Assembly: GCA_951406725.2 (NCBI GenBank)
Contig: OX597823.1
Coordinates: forward strand, 109,988,001 to 110,052,000
Length of the DNA stretch: 64,000 nt
Reading direction: 5' to 3'
DNA from: Octopus vulgaris
Taxonomy: Eukaryota
In this document: positions 29,125-42,781 of the stretch, in pieces
How positions within the stretch are numbered: position 1 is the stretch's first letter
How the letters are laid out: each line of letters opens with the position of its first letter
Translations under genes and position numbers: made by a program
The notes under the pieces: model-generated
The model's database searches: none
What the model was told of the DNA's origin: nothing
Seen by the model: the letters and a program-made list of their open reading frames with translations, nothing else

Positions 29125-29156
<32 letters not shown>

Positions 29157-29449
29157 ATGATGTGATATTAACAATGTGTCTGTATCAGTCTTAAATAACA
29201 CCGATCTGTTCCCGACCTTTTGTTATCCATGCCTCTCAATTGCTCTATATCATAACATATATCTTTTGTTTACCATTGTTTGTCAATATATAGCATTTGA
29301 CTTCCCTCATCTTAGAGGTTATAATCATTCAGTTTAATCTTATAAATAATATTGTGTCTTGCTTTTGACCCTTTGGAACACTGGTGACGATGTAAACGAC
29401 TCATCTCCTTCCCCAAAATTGCTACCCTTGTGGAAAAATTTGAAACCCA

Positions 29450-30165
29450 GATGGACTTGTTCGAGTTGCACGCTTAGTAACGAAACCGTTCTGCGCGTCC
29501 TTATTTAGTGTCTGGGCATTACTGACTTGAGGGGTTATGTAGAACAGATGTTGTCATGTTTGGGACGGATCCGTCTGTCGGTCGAGTCTGTAGCGATGAC
29601 TGCACCGTCGCCCTCCGGGCAGGCAAGGAAGTTTTCCTTTGCCTGCTTGTTGTGGCGAAAGAGGTTGTTTGGTGGACAAGTCTGAAAGGCAAGAGGACAG
29701 ATTCATTCCTCTTTAGTAGAGCTCTCATTAAGTTTTTCAATTTTCACTTGAAAGGGAAATTGAGAGTGGAAAGGGAAGAGCTGTCCTCGTTTGAGTTTAT
29801 TGAAAGGTGGGTGAAAGCTGCGAAAATGGCAAGTGTGGAAGATACCTTTCTAATTGTAGACCTGTGAGTCGGAGAGACGGAATTGGAGACGGCACTTACT
29901 CCTAGGTGTTCAGAAAAATCTCGGATAGTGGGATTCTTCGATTATCCCTAGAGGCGTCCCTGTATCAGGAGGGCCACATCTCTATCATCCTCCCCTTTTT
30001 TATCATTGTATGCTTATCATACATCCCTTCTTTTTCAGTCTATATACCGTGAATACTTTAATTTTGTTTTTATCATTTCATTATCATATGTAAACTCCCA
30101 CATTTTGTGTCTATCTCTGTATTGTGTCCCTCATCCTTCGCCCTTGTGGCAAACAAATGAAATCC
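29450..30165 (+). mobile_element. L1/Tx1-clade LINE 3' fragment (zf-RVT, C-terminus, 3' UTR)
   Basis: TCSSCTLSNETVLRVLI*C (decayed CCHC), then AKEVVWWT..KG...FFNFHLKGKLRVERE.LS..EFIERW in ORF 29556-29867. The UTR ends GCCCTTGTGGCAAACAAATGAAAT. Confidence 0.75.
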
Positions 30166-30748
30166 TTATTATTATCATCATCATCCTCATCATCGACAAC
30201 AAAGCAACAACAACAACAACAACAACATCATTATTGCTAATACTGTCAGAGCAGGCTGGATTGCCAGAATAGTTATATTGTTGGACAAGGCTATTTAGTT
30301 ACGGCTCTTTAAATTCTTATTTCTGTAGAAATCCTGCCGAAGTGAACTTTGTATGTCAACCGGGCAGTGTTAATAAATTAAAATATTAATTAGTTTGATC
30401 GATATGGCCGATTTTTATCTTACCATTAAAACATGTGTCTAAGAGCATCTCTTAGATATCAATATAGTTAACGTGGAAGTCTTTTGACAGATTGCTTAGC
30501 GCATCGGACTAAATACCCACAGGTATTTAATGAAAGTCCCTAACGTGTTGTTACCAATTTTTGCCATAGTCATTCTTGATACTAATATTATTACTAATTA
30601 GGAAAATAAAGTATTAATCAAGTACTATGATTGATTTAAAAGTTGATGTCCTCTCCTCAAAATATGCAGTGAATTTTGATATAAGAATTTAATATTATTA
30701 CATATAAGATGACCGGTTGGTGGGGTCGTTAGACGGCAGATAGAATAA

Positions 30749-30970
30749 GGCGGTTAGTTGGCAGAAACGTTAGCACGCCGGGCGAAATGCTTAGCGGTAT
30801 TTCGTTTGCCGTTACGTTCTGAGTTCAAATTTCGCCGAGGTCGACTTTGCCTTTCATACTTTCGGGCTCGATTAAATAAGTACCAGTGGGGTCGATATAA
30901 TCGACTTAATCCGTTTGTCTGTCCTTGTTTATCCACTCTATGTTTAGCCCCTTGTGGGCAGTAAAGAAAT
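30749..30970 (+). mobile_element. SINE family A, full length (preceded by older decayed relatives at about 30250-30690)
   Basis: Alignable to the other family A copies. Confidence 0.9.
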
Positions 30971-33876
30971 AATAATATTTTGAAGATTCGTTCCATCTCT
31001 CTGTGATTTATCTTGAAATTACATCGGAGGTAAGCGATTATCTCCATTGTTTTTGCAAAACTTAAATACTGTGTTCAATATTTTTCGTCTGTTTCTCGTT
31101 TTCTGAGGACTAGGTATATTATGCATCGCATCTAGAAGGCCGTTAAGACACACTCAAAATGTATGGCTTTCAGAAAGGAAGAGTGACACAACAGATATAA
31201 TGTCAGAGTCTCCAGAGAACTAAGAAGAGTTCCTCGCTCCCAAAAATTCGGTTGCCAAAGAGAGAGGATGCTACCGGTATGATACATGCAATCTAATAAT
31301 GTATGATCAGAAATTTTCTGATTGTATGAGATGACACCAATACTCATGGTATGAAACAGCAGAAATTCTGTATAAGAATTGGCTCCAACACAGTATATTA
31401 TAATTGTAAAATATATGTGAACCTGCTCAAGGAAGGAAATGTATGTACATGCAAATAAATGTACACATTGAGTGCGCTATACTTAGGTGATAGTACATAT
31501 ATGGCATTAATTGCGTTTGTATATATATACATATGCGTGTTTGTTTGTGTGTGTTAGCGTGTGTATGTATGTGCATGTATGTATACGTCTCTATTTTTGT
31601 CTCTACATATACATAATGAAAGAGAGTGTGAGTAAAAGAAATGTGTGTGTGTGTGTGTATGTGTGTGTCTGTGTGTGTGCGTATGTATCTACGTGCGTGT
31701 TTGTAATTTTTATGTAATATGTCATTTGAGAGTGCTACTTACAAATAACTCTGTGCAACCTAATGTACAGTTGGACCGTCGCTGAATAACTGGATAGTAA
31801 GCTAAGGTTACGTTATTCTGAGCACTATGAACGATGAGAAACAAGTTCTGATAAAAAGAAGATGATTATAGGGGTGTAGTTTACAAGCTATTAATGGGCA
31901 CATATACACACTAAATAGTGGTATACAAGCTTAATAGCATGTTTTCATGTTGTTGTTTTCTATTAATGGGGTTGGCTATGAAATGTTTAACCTTTCTACA
32001 GGTTCAAAATTGGTAACAGTAAGTCGTACAAAAGAATGGGGCCGGTTGCAACATGCTGTCATCCTTGGTCAGAAACATGGTGCGGGACTAAAGTCTGGAG
32101 ATATGCTTATGACCTGAAACACACTAAGTTAGATGATGTTTTAAGATCAGCAGATCTCCTTCACTACTATAGTAGTGTCCTGTTTTCTCCTTTAAGTGCA
32201 ATAGCCTTGCAACAACTGTACCTGCAAGTCTAGTTGTCTTGGTACACCTGAAATATGTCGCAGAGCATTTGTGTGAAGAAGAAAAAGTGTCTCTGATGTG
32301 CGTACAGTTTTTTCCCACTTAAAAACAAGCATTGCATTGCCTACCTTTTGTACAAATGATAAAAAATCTTGGTAATACATGATGCACAACATCAAGCTAC
32401 AAGTCTAATAGTTTCGTTCTGGTACTTGACGTAGTTCTGCAGCAACGAAAAATTTTCAATTTTGTCTTATCAGGGAGTACAGTAGTGGTTATCTGTCGCA
32501 CACCCCATATTGAAATTCTACATAGACGTTTAGGGTCTTCATTGACGGTTGAAAGTTTTTTTTTTCTCGCTGCAGACTGTAAACATGGTGGTAGAGGTGG
32601 TACCACGGATTTGCGTCAATGAAATACCACCACTACTGTCACTTCAAACACTAGGAATGTGTTGTGTAGACGGGTGCAATGGAGATACTCCGGGCTTCTG
32701 CATAGCTGTATCTACTAATGAGGAGCCGTACTTTTAAAGGCATTGTCTTCATTGATCACCAGTTGACTATATAAATGTATGCACATTCTTCTCCATTTCT
32801 CCCCTTTAATTCTTAATCTCTTGCTAGTTTTATTTGTCATTTTATATACTTATTGGCAGTTACTTTATCATATCAAATCTGAGGGTTTAACTATCATCAA
32901 TTAAAAAATAGATCGAACTTCATCGATTACGTAGATGAATATTCCATAGATACTTGTACTCGTAATGCAATGCAAAGAACAGAATAAGTGTTAAATTGGG
33001 TACATTGCACGAAATCCAACTGACATCCATATCTTTTGTCCCTTTAATTTCTTTCCCAAACCAAGGGTCATAAAATAAACGTTCCCAAGGAAGCCATCCA
33101 ATAGGATTGAACCGAAGGTGTCATATTTGCAAAAAGAACTTAATCTCATGGCAATAAGAACACATTCTACATATAAAAACATATACATATACCCCCAAAA
33201 AGACACACACACATATATATATATACGCGTGTGTGTGAGGCCGTGCGAGGGAATGTATACCGAGACGTATACAAACATAACTAAATACAAGCTTGTGAAT
33301 AATGACCCAGTAATAAAGCGTATAGATTTAATGACTTTGAAGAATCACCCGGACAATGGTTGACAAATGGTAAATGAGAGAATATATTAGAAATCCGACT
33401 GGAATACAAAACGGTAAATAATATGAAAGCGACAAAGCGAGAAAGTACTGAAAGTGGAAGACTGTAAATTTTAAATAATGGTTATTGGAAGAGCAAGACA
33501 GTGTCAAATAAAGCAGAACAGGAAGAAGCAACGAATGGCGTTTGATGTTAAATAGAAAGAGAAATCAAACTATTAGTAAATATATGAATAAAATTAAGAG
33601 ACTGACAGACTGAAAAATGTGTAAATGTTGATGTGTACATAGAGTTAAAGGAAAAAAACCACACACATAGTTATATACATACATACATACATACATACAT
33701 ACATACATACATACAAACACACACGCACGCACACACATATATATGTTTATATGTGTATATTCGTACATACATATGTGTGAATGAATGTATGTACATATAT
33801 GGATATATACATATATGATATATAATATATATAAATATATACATGCGCATATGTATTTATTTATATATATATATAC

Positions 33877-33908
<32 letters not shown>

Positions 33909-33944
33909 ATGTGTGTGTGTATGTGTGTATAATATGTGATCGCG

Positions 33945-34128
33945 TGTGTATCGTTGGCGATTTTTTCCTCCATCTTCCCTTCCTTGGATCTTACCTTTTT
34001 CTATGTTTCTGACGAAGAGCTCCGCTCGAAACGTTATGTCCTCCTCCTTCTGTATTTTCTTTCCTGAGTATCCAATAACACTATACTTGTTCCACGTCCT
34101 CATGTTGTGTTTCCTCTTTGCGTTTTCA
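33945..34128 (+). mobile_element. PLE-tail-like short element with hammerhead motif (34005-34039)
   Basis: GTTT-CTGACGA-A-GAGC-TCC-GCTC-GAAACGTT. Homologous to 53060-53273. Confidence 0.7.
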
Positions 34129-34404
34129 ATAACAGGTATGTCAGGTACATCGCTTAAGATGATGAAAAATGTATAACCAACAGTATAAATAAAGAAAATG
34201 CAATTTAAACTATATTATGCGGGATGATCTCATCAGGACGAAGCATACAGGAGCGTACTGTGCCGTAACGAAGAAGCATAATGCATAATAAGCAATCTAA
34301 GTGTAATATCTGCACGGCAATTATATTGAAAAGTAAATAGGGAAGCATAATTTCAAGAGACATGAACCATGCTACAAACGTACTAACATGCCTCTGTACA
34401 CAAT

Positions 34405-34792
34405 GGATGGAAGCACTCCGTCGGTTACGACGACGAGGGTTCCGCTTGATCCGAATCAACGGAACAGCCTGCTCGTGAAATTAACGTGTAAGTGGCTGAG
34501 CACTCCACAGACACGTGTACCCTTAACGTACTTCTCGGGGATATTCAGCGTGACACTGAGAGTGACAAGGCCGGCCCTTTGAAATACAAGGTACAACAGA
34601 AACAGGAAGTAAGAGTGAGATAAAGTTGTGGTGAAAGAGTACAGCAGGGATCACCACCATCCCCTGCCGGAGCCTCGTGGAGCTTTTAGGTGCTTTCGCT
34701 CAATAAACACTCACAACGCCCGGTCTGGGAATCGAAACCGCGATCCTATGATCGCGAGTCCGCTGCCTTAACCACTGGGCCATTGCACCTCC
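34405..34792 (-). mobile_element. SINE family C (tRNA head GGAGGTGCAATGGCCCAGTGG)
   Basis: A and B boxes on the minus strand. TSD CTCTGTAC(A/T)CAAT at 34392-34404 and 34794-34806. Confidence 0.9.
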
Positions 34793-35449
34793 ACTCTGTA
34801 CTCAATACATTCTCTACGAATGCATTTGTCAGCTTTGTTTCTTTGTCCATCAAACAGTGATAGTGTGTTTGTATTGATATTGATATTGGTTCAATTTTAG
34901 GTTCACCTAAAATTAGATAAGAAAAGGAAATGCTCATGCATCATACTGGTTTCTCTCTATTCCTACTTAAGCATCCTCATACACGGTATATCTAATATAA
35001 TAAATGCGTAAACAAATTTCTGTGTCAGTGTGTCACACTTAGTCCTCGCTCTCTCACTATTCAGTGACAGACTTATTACTCTTCATGGTGGGGTAAGAGT
35101 AATAGTAGGCAAAGAGACGGTCAGGGCGGTGGCGAAGACACAGAAAGAGAGGGGGAGAGGAGAGAGAAATAAAAAGAGAGGGAGAGAAAGCGAGACAAAG
35201 AAATTCAGGGAGAGTTGATGTTTTATTAAAAGTAGTAGTGTTCATGGTTGCAGTGGGAGTAATAAAAGAGAAAGAGAGAGAGAGAGAGCAAGAGATAGAG
35301 AGAGAGAGATAGATACAGAGAGAAAGAGTGAGTATGTGAGAGAAAGAGGGAAATGGTGTACAACTTTGACAGAAATTCTTGCCACCAACATAATGAACAC
35401 TATCATTTTTGTTCTATTTTTTGCCTTCCTTAACACACACACACACACG

Positions 35450-35481
<32 letters not shown>

Positions 35482-35519
35482 CACACTTACACTATCTTTC
35501 GTCTTGGCACCTTAAGGTG

Positions 35520-35674
35520 CATCCACCTAGTACGTAATTGGTACTAATTTATCGATCCCGAAAGGATGAAACACAAAGTCGACCTCAGTGGGATTCGAAC
35601 TCAAAGCTTAATGGCGGACGAAATGCTACAAAGCATTTTGCCCGGCGCACTAACGATTCTGCCAGCTCGACGCC
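35520..35674 (-). mobile_element. SINE family A-related, lacking tail
   Basis: Head and central domain alignable to family A. Confidence 0.8.
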
Positions 35675-35749
35675 TTTAATCTAACAAAATCATTCATTGC
35701 TTGAAAAATATTGGGCAAGTTTAATCAAATTTAATATGCACTCAATGCA

Positions 35750-36018
35750 TGAAGTGTCATTGTTGGGACTAAGGCCCAATGGAGAGCCCGCCATAGAAGC
35801 TAGCCTGAAGCCAGCCGATACGGTGGCTTTTCAGCTAGTAGATTGATCGCTAGCCATAAAATCATTTTTTTTTATTATTCTCTCTCTGTTTATTACTGTG
35901 TTCCTTTCTGTTGAAGAGCGTAGGCTCGAAACGTAAAAGACTCTCATTTCCCGAACGTTAAACTAATACATCTGGTTGTTGGTTACACACCCATCTTCGT
36001 CTTTTGTAAATTCCAACT
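35750..36018 (+). mobile_element. PLE-tail-like element with hammerhead motif (35904-35939), ending in (TA)/(CA) tract
   Basis: CTTT-CTGTTGA-A-GAGC-GTAG-GCTC-GAAACGTA-AAAG. Homologous to 48800-48995 and 49505-49705. Confidence 0.7.
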
Positions 36019-36024
36019 ATATAT

Positions 36025-36059
<35 letters not shown>

Positions 36060-36061
36060 TA

Positions 36062-36164
<103 letters not shown>

Positions 36165-36174
36165 AATTAAAGTT

Positions 36175-36462
36175 GTTTGTCCCTCTTCGAGCCATGCCTG
36201 GCTCATAAGGTCCGTTTTCCGATTTCATTGGCGTATAGGTTCCTGGATGGAACGCCGGTCCGCCCCAGAGCTGCTAGATGCAGGAGGAAAGAACCAGCGA
36301 AAGTTCTGGCAAAAAGGTCAGCAGAAGTTCGCTGTAACCTTCAGCAGGAGCCGCGTGGATTTTAGCTGTTTCGCTCACAAACACTCACATCAGCCGATCT
36401 AAGATTCGAATCGATCCCACGACCGTAAGTCCGCTGCTCTAACCACTAGGCCATGTACCTCC
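36175..36462 (-). mobile_element. SINE with family C head and a different tail
   Basis: The 5' about 170 nt align with 34620-34792. The 3' part does not. Confidence 0.8.
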
Positions 36463-36805
36463 ACACACACGCACACACACACACATGAATAGATATGTGC
36501 GTCTGTGTCTGTATGTTTATTTTTATATTCTCATTCCCATTCCTATAAATATAAATATACAATTCAAAAACTAGCAGACAGACAAATATGGAGTAGTGAG
36601 GGCATGTCGTTGATGAAGTTGCGAGCAGCGACGAAAGGACACTGACGTGCATAGTTGATTGATTGACCGAAAGATTAATCAACAAATCGATTAGTTAATT
36701 GGTTAAATGGTGAGCTAGTTGACTAATGAGAATGAAAATATGAAACAGAAACCCTGCGTGTGCTTCTTGTTGGCATTATGCCGCCTCTGAAACTACAGCA
36801 GGGTA

Positions 36806-36818
36806 TATCTATCTATCC

Positions 36819-36892
<74 letters not shown>

Positions 36893-36910
36893 TTATCTAT
36901 CTATCTATCT
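36806..36910. repeat. (ATCT)n microsatellite
   Basis: Direct reading. A second (ATCT)n lies at 45861-45937. Confidence 0.95.
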
Positions 36911-37299
36911 CTATATATATATATTCTTCCACAACCTAACCATTCTGGCATTCCAACAATTATTGATTTCTAACAAATAATGTTGATGGTTTTGAATGAT
37001 AATTACAATGTTGATGAAAATAATTATGATGATGATAATAATGTTTTAACATTAGCAAAAGGAAATATTAATATTTTGTGGGAATCGATTTATCGAAACA
37101 GTAGTTAAGTATGAGTTTATTGCTCTTGCAAGGGAAATACACTCACTAGTCTCCGGCGGGATTAACAATATCACGAAGAATACTATCACTCACAAGAACA
37201 GTAATAATAATTATAATAGTGGTTGCTTTTCTTTTCTTTTTCAGTTCCAAACTGATATATGCATATTATAACAGAGCACGCCATGACATCGTATGAAAT

Positions 37300-37720
37300 C
37301 AGACATGAAAAAACAAAAGAAGAGTTTTATTTACAGCTGGGTAACATCCATCAGTCCCATTTCAGAAGATCTCTTCGTCATATCATTCAATACCTGGACT
37401 ATCAAGGGAAAGCTCCTTATCCTTATTGTGGTCTCCGACCTATTCTTATATGCTTATATCCTGATATTTGCTCTATCATCACTCTCTTCCATGTTCTTTT
37501 TCAAATTTACTGAAGAGCAATGGTCTCGTCTCTGCAAAGAACGTTCTCCTCAAGTCCTACTTAAAGACTTGTTTAAGGTTTGGTCCAAGTGTAAAATTCT
37601 CCTATTCAAACCTCGAAATATTGTCACCTTGTTTTGCCATATTCTCCAGAGAGTGAAAAATGATTCTCCTACACTGTCAAAGAAGACCACTTTCGCAATG
37701 ATATTGTGGTAACTGTTTGT
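37300..37720 (-). mobile_element. Decayed R4/Dong-like RLE-domain fragment
   Basis: Minus-strand pieces QNKVTIF, SKYQDISI and FPLIVQVL follow the order of the EN.K..ILWD / KY.DL.IE / IPIIVGAL motifs. Confidence 0.4.
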
Positions 37721-38399
37721 GCAGTGTACATACAAAATAATACTAAAGGTAGTTGGAACGCTGCAACTACTACTACTACTACTACTACTACTTGAAACGA
37801 TCACTTGAAATGATCAATAAAGGAAGTGAAAATTATTTGAGAGAATGAAAGTGATAATAATAATAATATAATTACCGGAACCCATAACAAAACCAAGCAA
37901 AAGGACGGCGGATGGATAATCATAAATACTATAAAATAGTTGATTTAGGAATTAGACACACACACTTACACACATTAGTTTGCAACACACGTCCAAAAAC
38001 ATATAAGAATAAACTCATAGAAGGCCCATACCCGACAAAAGAACACAACCTACGCTACACAATCGACGCAAAAGATAAAACTAATACAACAGAAGTCTCA
38101 AATAAAATCCCATAACAAAACGTACCGATACAATGCAATATCCCACCTTCCGCGCCAAAACAAAAACAGCACAAACAATCCCACCAGCACATTGGTGCAA
38201 CAAATGAGGCAATAAAAACATTCAGATGTCGAAAAGTAATAGTTGTGAAAACGATGGTGACGAAGGTTACCATACATCACTTTATGGGAGACAGGAAATT
38301 CCGAAAAAATATGGTTGTAACAGTGATAATGAAGCTGGACCTTTAAGGGAAGGGCTCTTGTTCGAGAGTGGATCAGTAAAGATGCAGACTGTCTACCGC

Positions 38400-39420
38400 T
38401 GTCATCCCAATACAGCATCAGTAGATATTACAACAAAGAGAAGAAGTGGGCTACCAAGGAAAGCGGGATATTGATACAGTGCTACTTAGAAGTTGAACCT
38501 AAAAGTAGGGGGTATAGCAAACGGATGTTAACAACTTTGGGTAGAGAAGAGTATGCTAAAAGTGACTGAGCAGAGATTAGTTGATCAAGCTAATGCTGTT
38601 AGGAGAAGAAAGTGGATGACAGAACAGGGGGTAGAAGAGATCACAAGAGAATTGGGAAAGGAAGACCTTTGTAGTGGGAAAGACAAATAAGAATATAAGA
38701 GATACATTTCAAAGCAAAAGAGAACCTAAAGAAAAAAATAATAATATAGCGCTACCAATAAGGAAGGAACAACTGGCATCAACAACTTAAGTGATTTAAA
38801 TGAGGAAGGTAAGAAGATTTTAGATGAGGTGCAGGAAGTAATGAATAAAGAAATAAGAAAAAGATTGCCAGCATTAAAAGACATCAACAGAAGGAAGCTA
38901 CAAGAAATGACTAGGAAAGTATATTCTGGTATCAGAAGGATAGATACTAAAACTATAGAAGACACTAACTTGTTGATCTATGCAGGAGCAGTAGTAGTCA
39001 CCAGAAGATTAGATGTCTCACAGGGAAAGATTAAAAAACAGCAAACGTGGAAAAGGAAACTACAAAATAAAGTGGAGACTATAAGACAAGATCTGAGTGG
39101 AATAGAAACCTGGAAAACAAACAAGTTGGGAAACACAAGATACGAATCTTGCCTCGAGGAAAATACTCTGTCAAAGAGAAAGGATTTGGGAAATAGTACA
39201 AGAGTTAAAACAGCGTATCATTGCAGTAGCAGGCAAGATCTCCAGATATCAGAAAAAAAGATCAATGACAACAGAATAGATTATTTGAGACATACCAAAA
39301 AATATATAGTGGAGAACGAATTACTGAAGATTAGAAACCTAATGCAGAGAAAGCTAGAAAGTTTTGGAGTAATATTTAGGATACAACAGTCAACCATATG
39401 GAGATACAGTATAGTTAAAG
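38400..39420 (+). mobile_element. R4/Dong-clade non-LTR retrotransposon, 5' ORF portion (frameshifted)
   Basis: KWATKESGILIQCY...RGYSKRM...VTEQRLVDQANAVRRRKWM, and ORF 38829-39503 RLPALK...TNLLIYAGAVVV...WKRKLQNKV..IRQDLS. Confidence 0.8.
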
Positions 39421-39861
39421 AAGGTGAGGTGTTGACATTCAGTTATTACATCGACGGCTCTAGTCAACTGGTAGAATATTCCCAATGTCAAGGCCTAAGA
39501 TGAGCTTCACCAAGATACGAACACAGAAGATAAAGAGACAAAATTAAATGCAGTAAACCATTTTTTGTCTAATGTTTTATTAATACAGGCATTTTCACAA
39601 CTAGTCGGAAACCATTTGAAAGAAGTCGATATAGTTTTAGACTTTTGTTACCTACAGGCAGTAACGAATATTTTGTAAGGCAGTGCGTTTAGATGAAAAT
39701 AAACACACCATTTGTTATAGCTTTAAACAAACGATTTCTTTATAATAATGAGATATTTAATTCCTTCTATAGTCAGTTGACAATATATATTATCGTATCG
39801 TCTTGCTTATATTTCCATTGAACACTGATGATGAAACTGTTCTTGTTATTGTTGTTGTGAC

Positions 39862-39966
<105 letters not shown>

Positions 39967-39984
39967 TTTTCAGTAGTCTTATTT

Positions 39985-40522
39985 TTATCACGTGCTTTAG
40001 CTGCTCTACTAAGCGCAGCTCTGTGTGCCTTGGGTATGTGTTGTGGTTTGTTGTGATGCTCTTTGAGTGAGAGAACAGCGCGTGCCATCAAAGTAACACT
40101 GGGATAAAATGTACAAAGCCCAATATACCCATCATCACTACTCGCCTGATAAGGGTACACCAAGCACATGCATCACAGCCATTTGTGCATGACATGGGGA
40201 TCTTATATCAAGATAAACAGCACATCAACTTGCAACTGGGGCCCAGTTACACTTTTCTTGTGGTCCAGTAAGTTATACCGCTCAAAAGGTCCTTGAATAA
40301 AGGTTGTTTAAGGATGCTGAATGAAACAGCCATGTTTCCAGAGGTAAATTATTCAAACTCTAAAGATTTCCTCTCAGCAAATGGCTATGATGCTCCCGCA
40401 CTACTTCTGCTCATGATGAGAGATGTTCATATTGTCAGACACTAAGGGACATGCTCAACTGGTTAAGGTAAAAAAACTGACGAGCAAATCTGTGATATTG
40501 AGCAGAATATTTGCTGTAGCTA
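39985..40522 (-). mobile_element. Probable 3' end/UTR of an RLE-type LINE between trinucleotide tracts
   Basis: Minus strand starts ATANILLN..., resembling the C-terminal (G)TA.IL motif of R4-type ORFs. It is bounded by (TAA)-type repeats. Confidence 0.45.
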
Positions 40523-40523
40523 A

Positions 40524-40767
<244 letters not shown>

Positions 40768-40774
40768 TCATTTT

Positions 40775-41480
40775 GTAATCTCGGGTTGTGACGGAACTCC
40801 TAGTGTCTTGTATGCGTAATGGGCTTACTACCTGCATCTTACGTTACCATGGTATCTGTTCTGTTCAGCTATCTGTAATTTCCTGATGATTCCGGCCGCG
40901 GCAAGGAGGCAAAGATTTTGTAACAATTCTACCGGGCACTCTATTCCGATTTCCTTTATATCCCTCTTGATGTCTTATTAAAAATGTCTCCAAGGACCAA
41001 ACAATAATTGGAACAATCTTCACTTTCTTCATTCTCTATTGTCGGCCTTTCTAGTAGATTGTATATGCATAATTTTTCGCCTTCCTTTTTGACTAAATGT
41101 GGGTTAAAGATACACGTAACATTTATAAAGCACGTTTCTCACCTTGTCCACCACCACTAGGTCCGCTTCATGTGCTCAAGCATTTAGTCTGTTTGCAGGA
41201 CTTGGACTCCGCCACCCTGTGTGTTTTGTACACATACCACGTCTTACCTCTCTCTAGACACATATTACACCGTTTCCAATGTAGTCCTCATCGTGTCGCC
41301 ACAACTAATGGTTTGGGGGTAACTCGAAGGTATTCATTCATGATATGGACAATAGTTTCGTCAACACTATTACAGATTCGGCACAATGGAGGCACTTGCT
41401 TATTCCTTAGGTTGACCTTAAATTGGTGAACAAAACGTCGTTTTGCGCTGTTAGTAAGGTGCTCTCGGTCTCTTTTCACC
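40775..41480 (-). mobile_element. R4/Dong-clade LINE 3' fragment (CCHC + restriction-like endonuclease) ending at (TAA)n
   Basis: PLCRICNSVDETIVHIMNE (ORF 41288-41479), then DLVVVDK and MKKVKIVPIIV on the minus strand. The 3' end abuts (TAA)n. Confidence 0.85.
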
Positions 41481-41889
41481 GAGATTCTCTCATAATAACA
41501 CCTCTGGCAACAAGCTGCTGTCCGCTCTTACAGAATCAATCAGAACAAACAATCCCAGCCTTTTAACAACCACAACAACAACGAAAACAACAACAACAAT
41601 TATGTTTATTATCATTGCTATTTTTACAATACATGATACTTTAATTATGTTTTGGGATTTTGTAACAAGATACCTCAGTTCATTTGAATCTTCCTTAGGA
41701 TTCTTTGAGAGAAGTGGTTGACTCTTTCCTGCAGGTGTGTCAATCGCAATATTCACCAGCCTCTTAAATAAAAGACTCGGTTTTTTCCTGAGTTTACAAA
41801 TTTCCACCGTTCTCACACACATTAGAGCACATTAATTTCAACACATCAATACTTCTCGGTAATGCATTCTTCCAGATCTTATTTAACGC

Positions 41890-42781
41890 ATGATGTGAAG
41901 TTTCAATTTACCACATATGGACTTATGGTTCATACAACATTCTACACCCCAGATGACTCGAACACCGCAGAAATCCGGAAGATGTTGTTTTCTGGCGCAA
42001 ATGTTATCAAGCTTATGTGCATGTTCGAATCTTGGGTGTATCGAAGCATCGTTATGAACATCCTTCTAACGAAAACAGTATTGCAAACGACAAGTTTAAA
42101 TACAGTGCAAAACTGAAAGTGCAAACCATTACCGTTCATGTTGCCGCGACCATATTTACTTAATGCATCCCAGGTGATGCGATCAAATTGGAGACGGTGT
42201 TGAAAGGAGGAGGATCTTTTGGAATTAATGTTATAACATATCTAAGATCTTGATAAAAAGATATGGTAGATTCAATGCTACTGTCAAGAGTGGTAACATA
42301 AATCGAAAGGTTAGTCATAAAGCGGTTGCTTCGTAAAGCAAGTAGGGCGGCGAGCTGGCAGAAACGTTAGCATGCCGGTCGAAATGCTTTGCGGTATTTC
42401 GTCTGCCGCTACGCTCTGAGTTCAAAATCCGCCGAGGTCAACTTTACCTTTCATCCTTTTGGGGTCGATTAAATAAGTACCAGTTACACACTAGGGTCGA
42501 TATAATCGACTTAATCCCTTTGTCTGTCCTTGTTTGACCCCTCTATGTTCAGCCCCATGTGGGTAGTAAAGAAATAGGTTCCTTCGTAAAGCATGTTGGG
42601 GGCGCATGATTCTATCACAGAAACCATGAGATTCTTCTTTGTTGTAGGTCATCTCTGTAGAAATGGCAACCCACGTCTCGTTTTCCACCCTTTGGCTTGT
42701 TTCTGCCAATGGATCTTCATCACTCAACCGGGATTCTGAGAGAGCAGCAGTGTCAATATTGAGCCAAATCATTTCCTGCAC
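41890..42781 (-). mobile_element. RTE-clade LINE apurinic-endonuclease domain relic, interrupted by a SINE
   Basis: LNIDTAALSESRL...DRIMR / SIYVTTL...FYQDL...IPKD / GNMNGNGL..FC....LVVCNTVF / HPR motifs occur in order. Confidence 0.85.
42345..42576 (+). mobile_element. SINE family A, full length
   Basis: TSD GGTT(G/C)CTTCGTAAAGCA at 42324-42340 and 42577-42593. Confidence 0.95.

Noticed and set aside
32010-32740. Higher-complexity block that might be coding or transposon-derived
   Set aside because: All frames are interrupted and no motif could be assigned. Needs a BLASTx/Dfam search.
38829-39503. Longest ORF (224 aa) as a host gene
   Set aside because: It is part of a frameshifted R4/Dong retrotransposon ORF.
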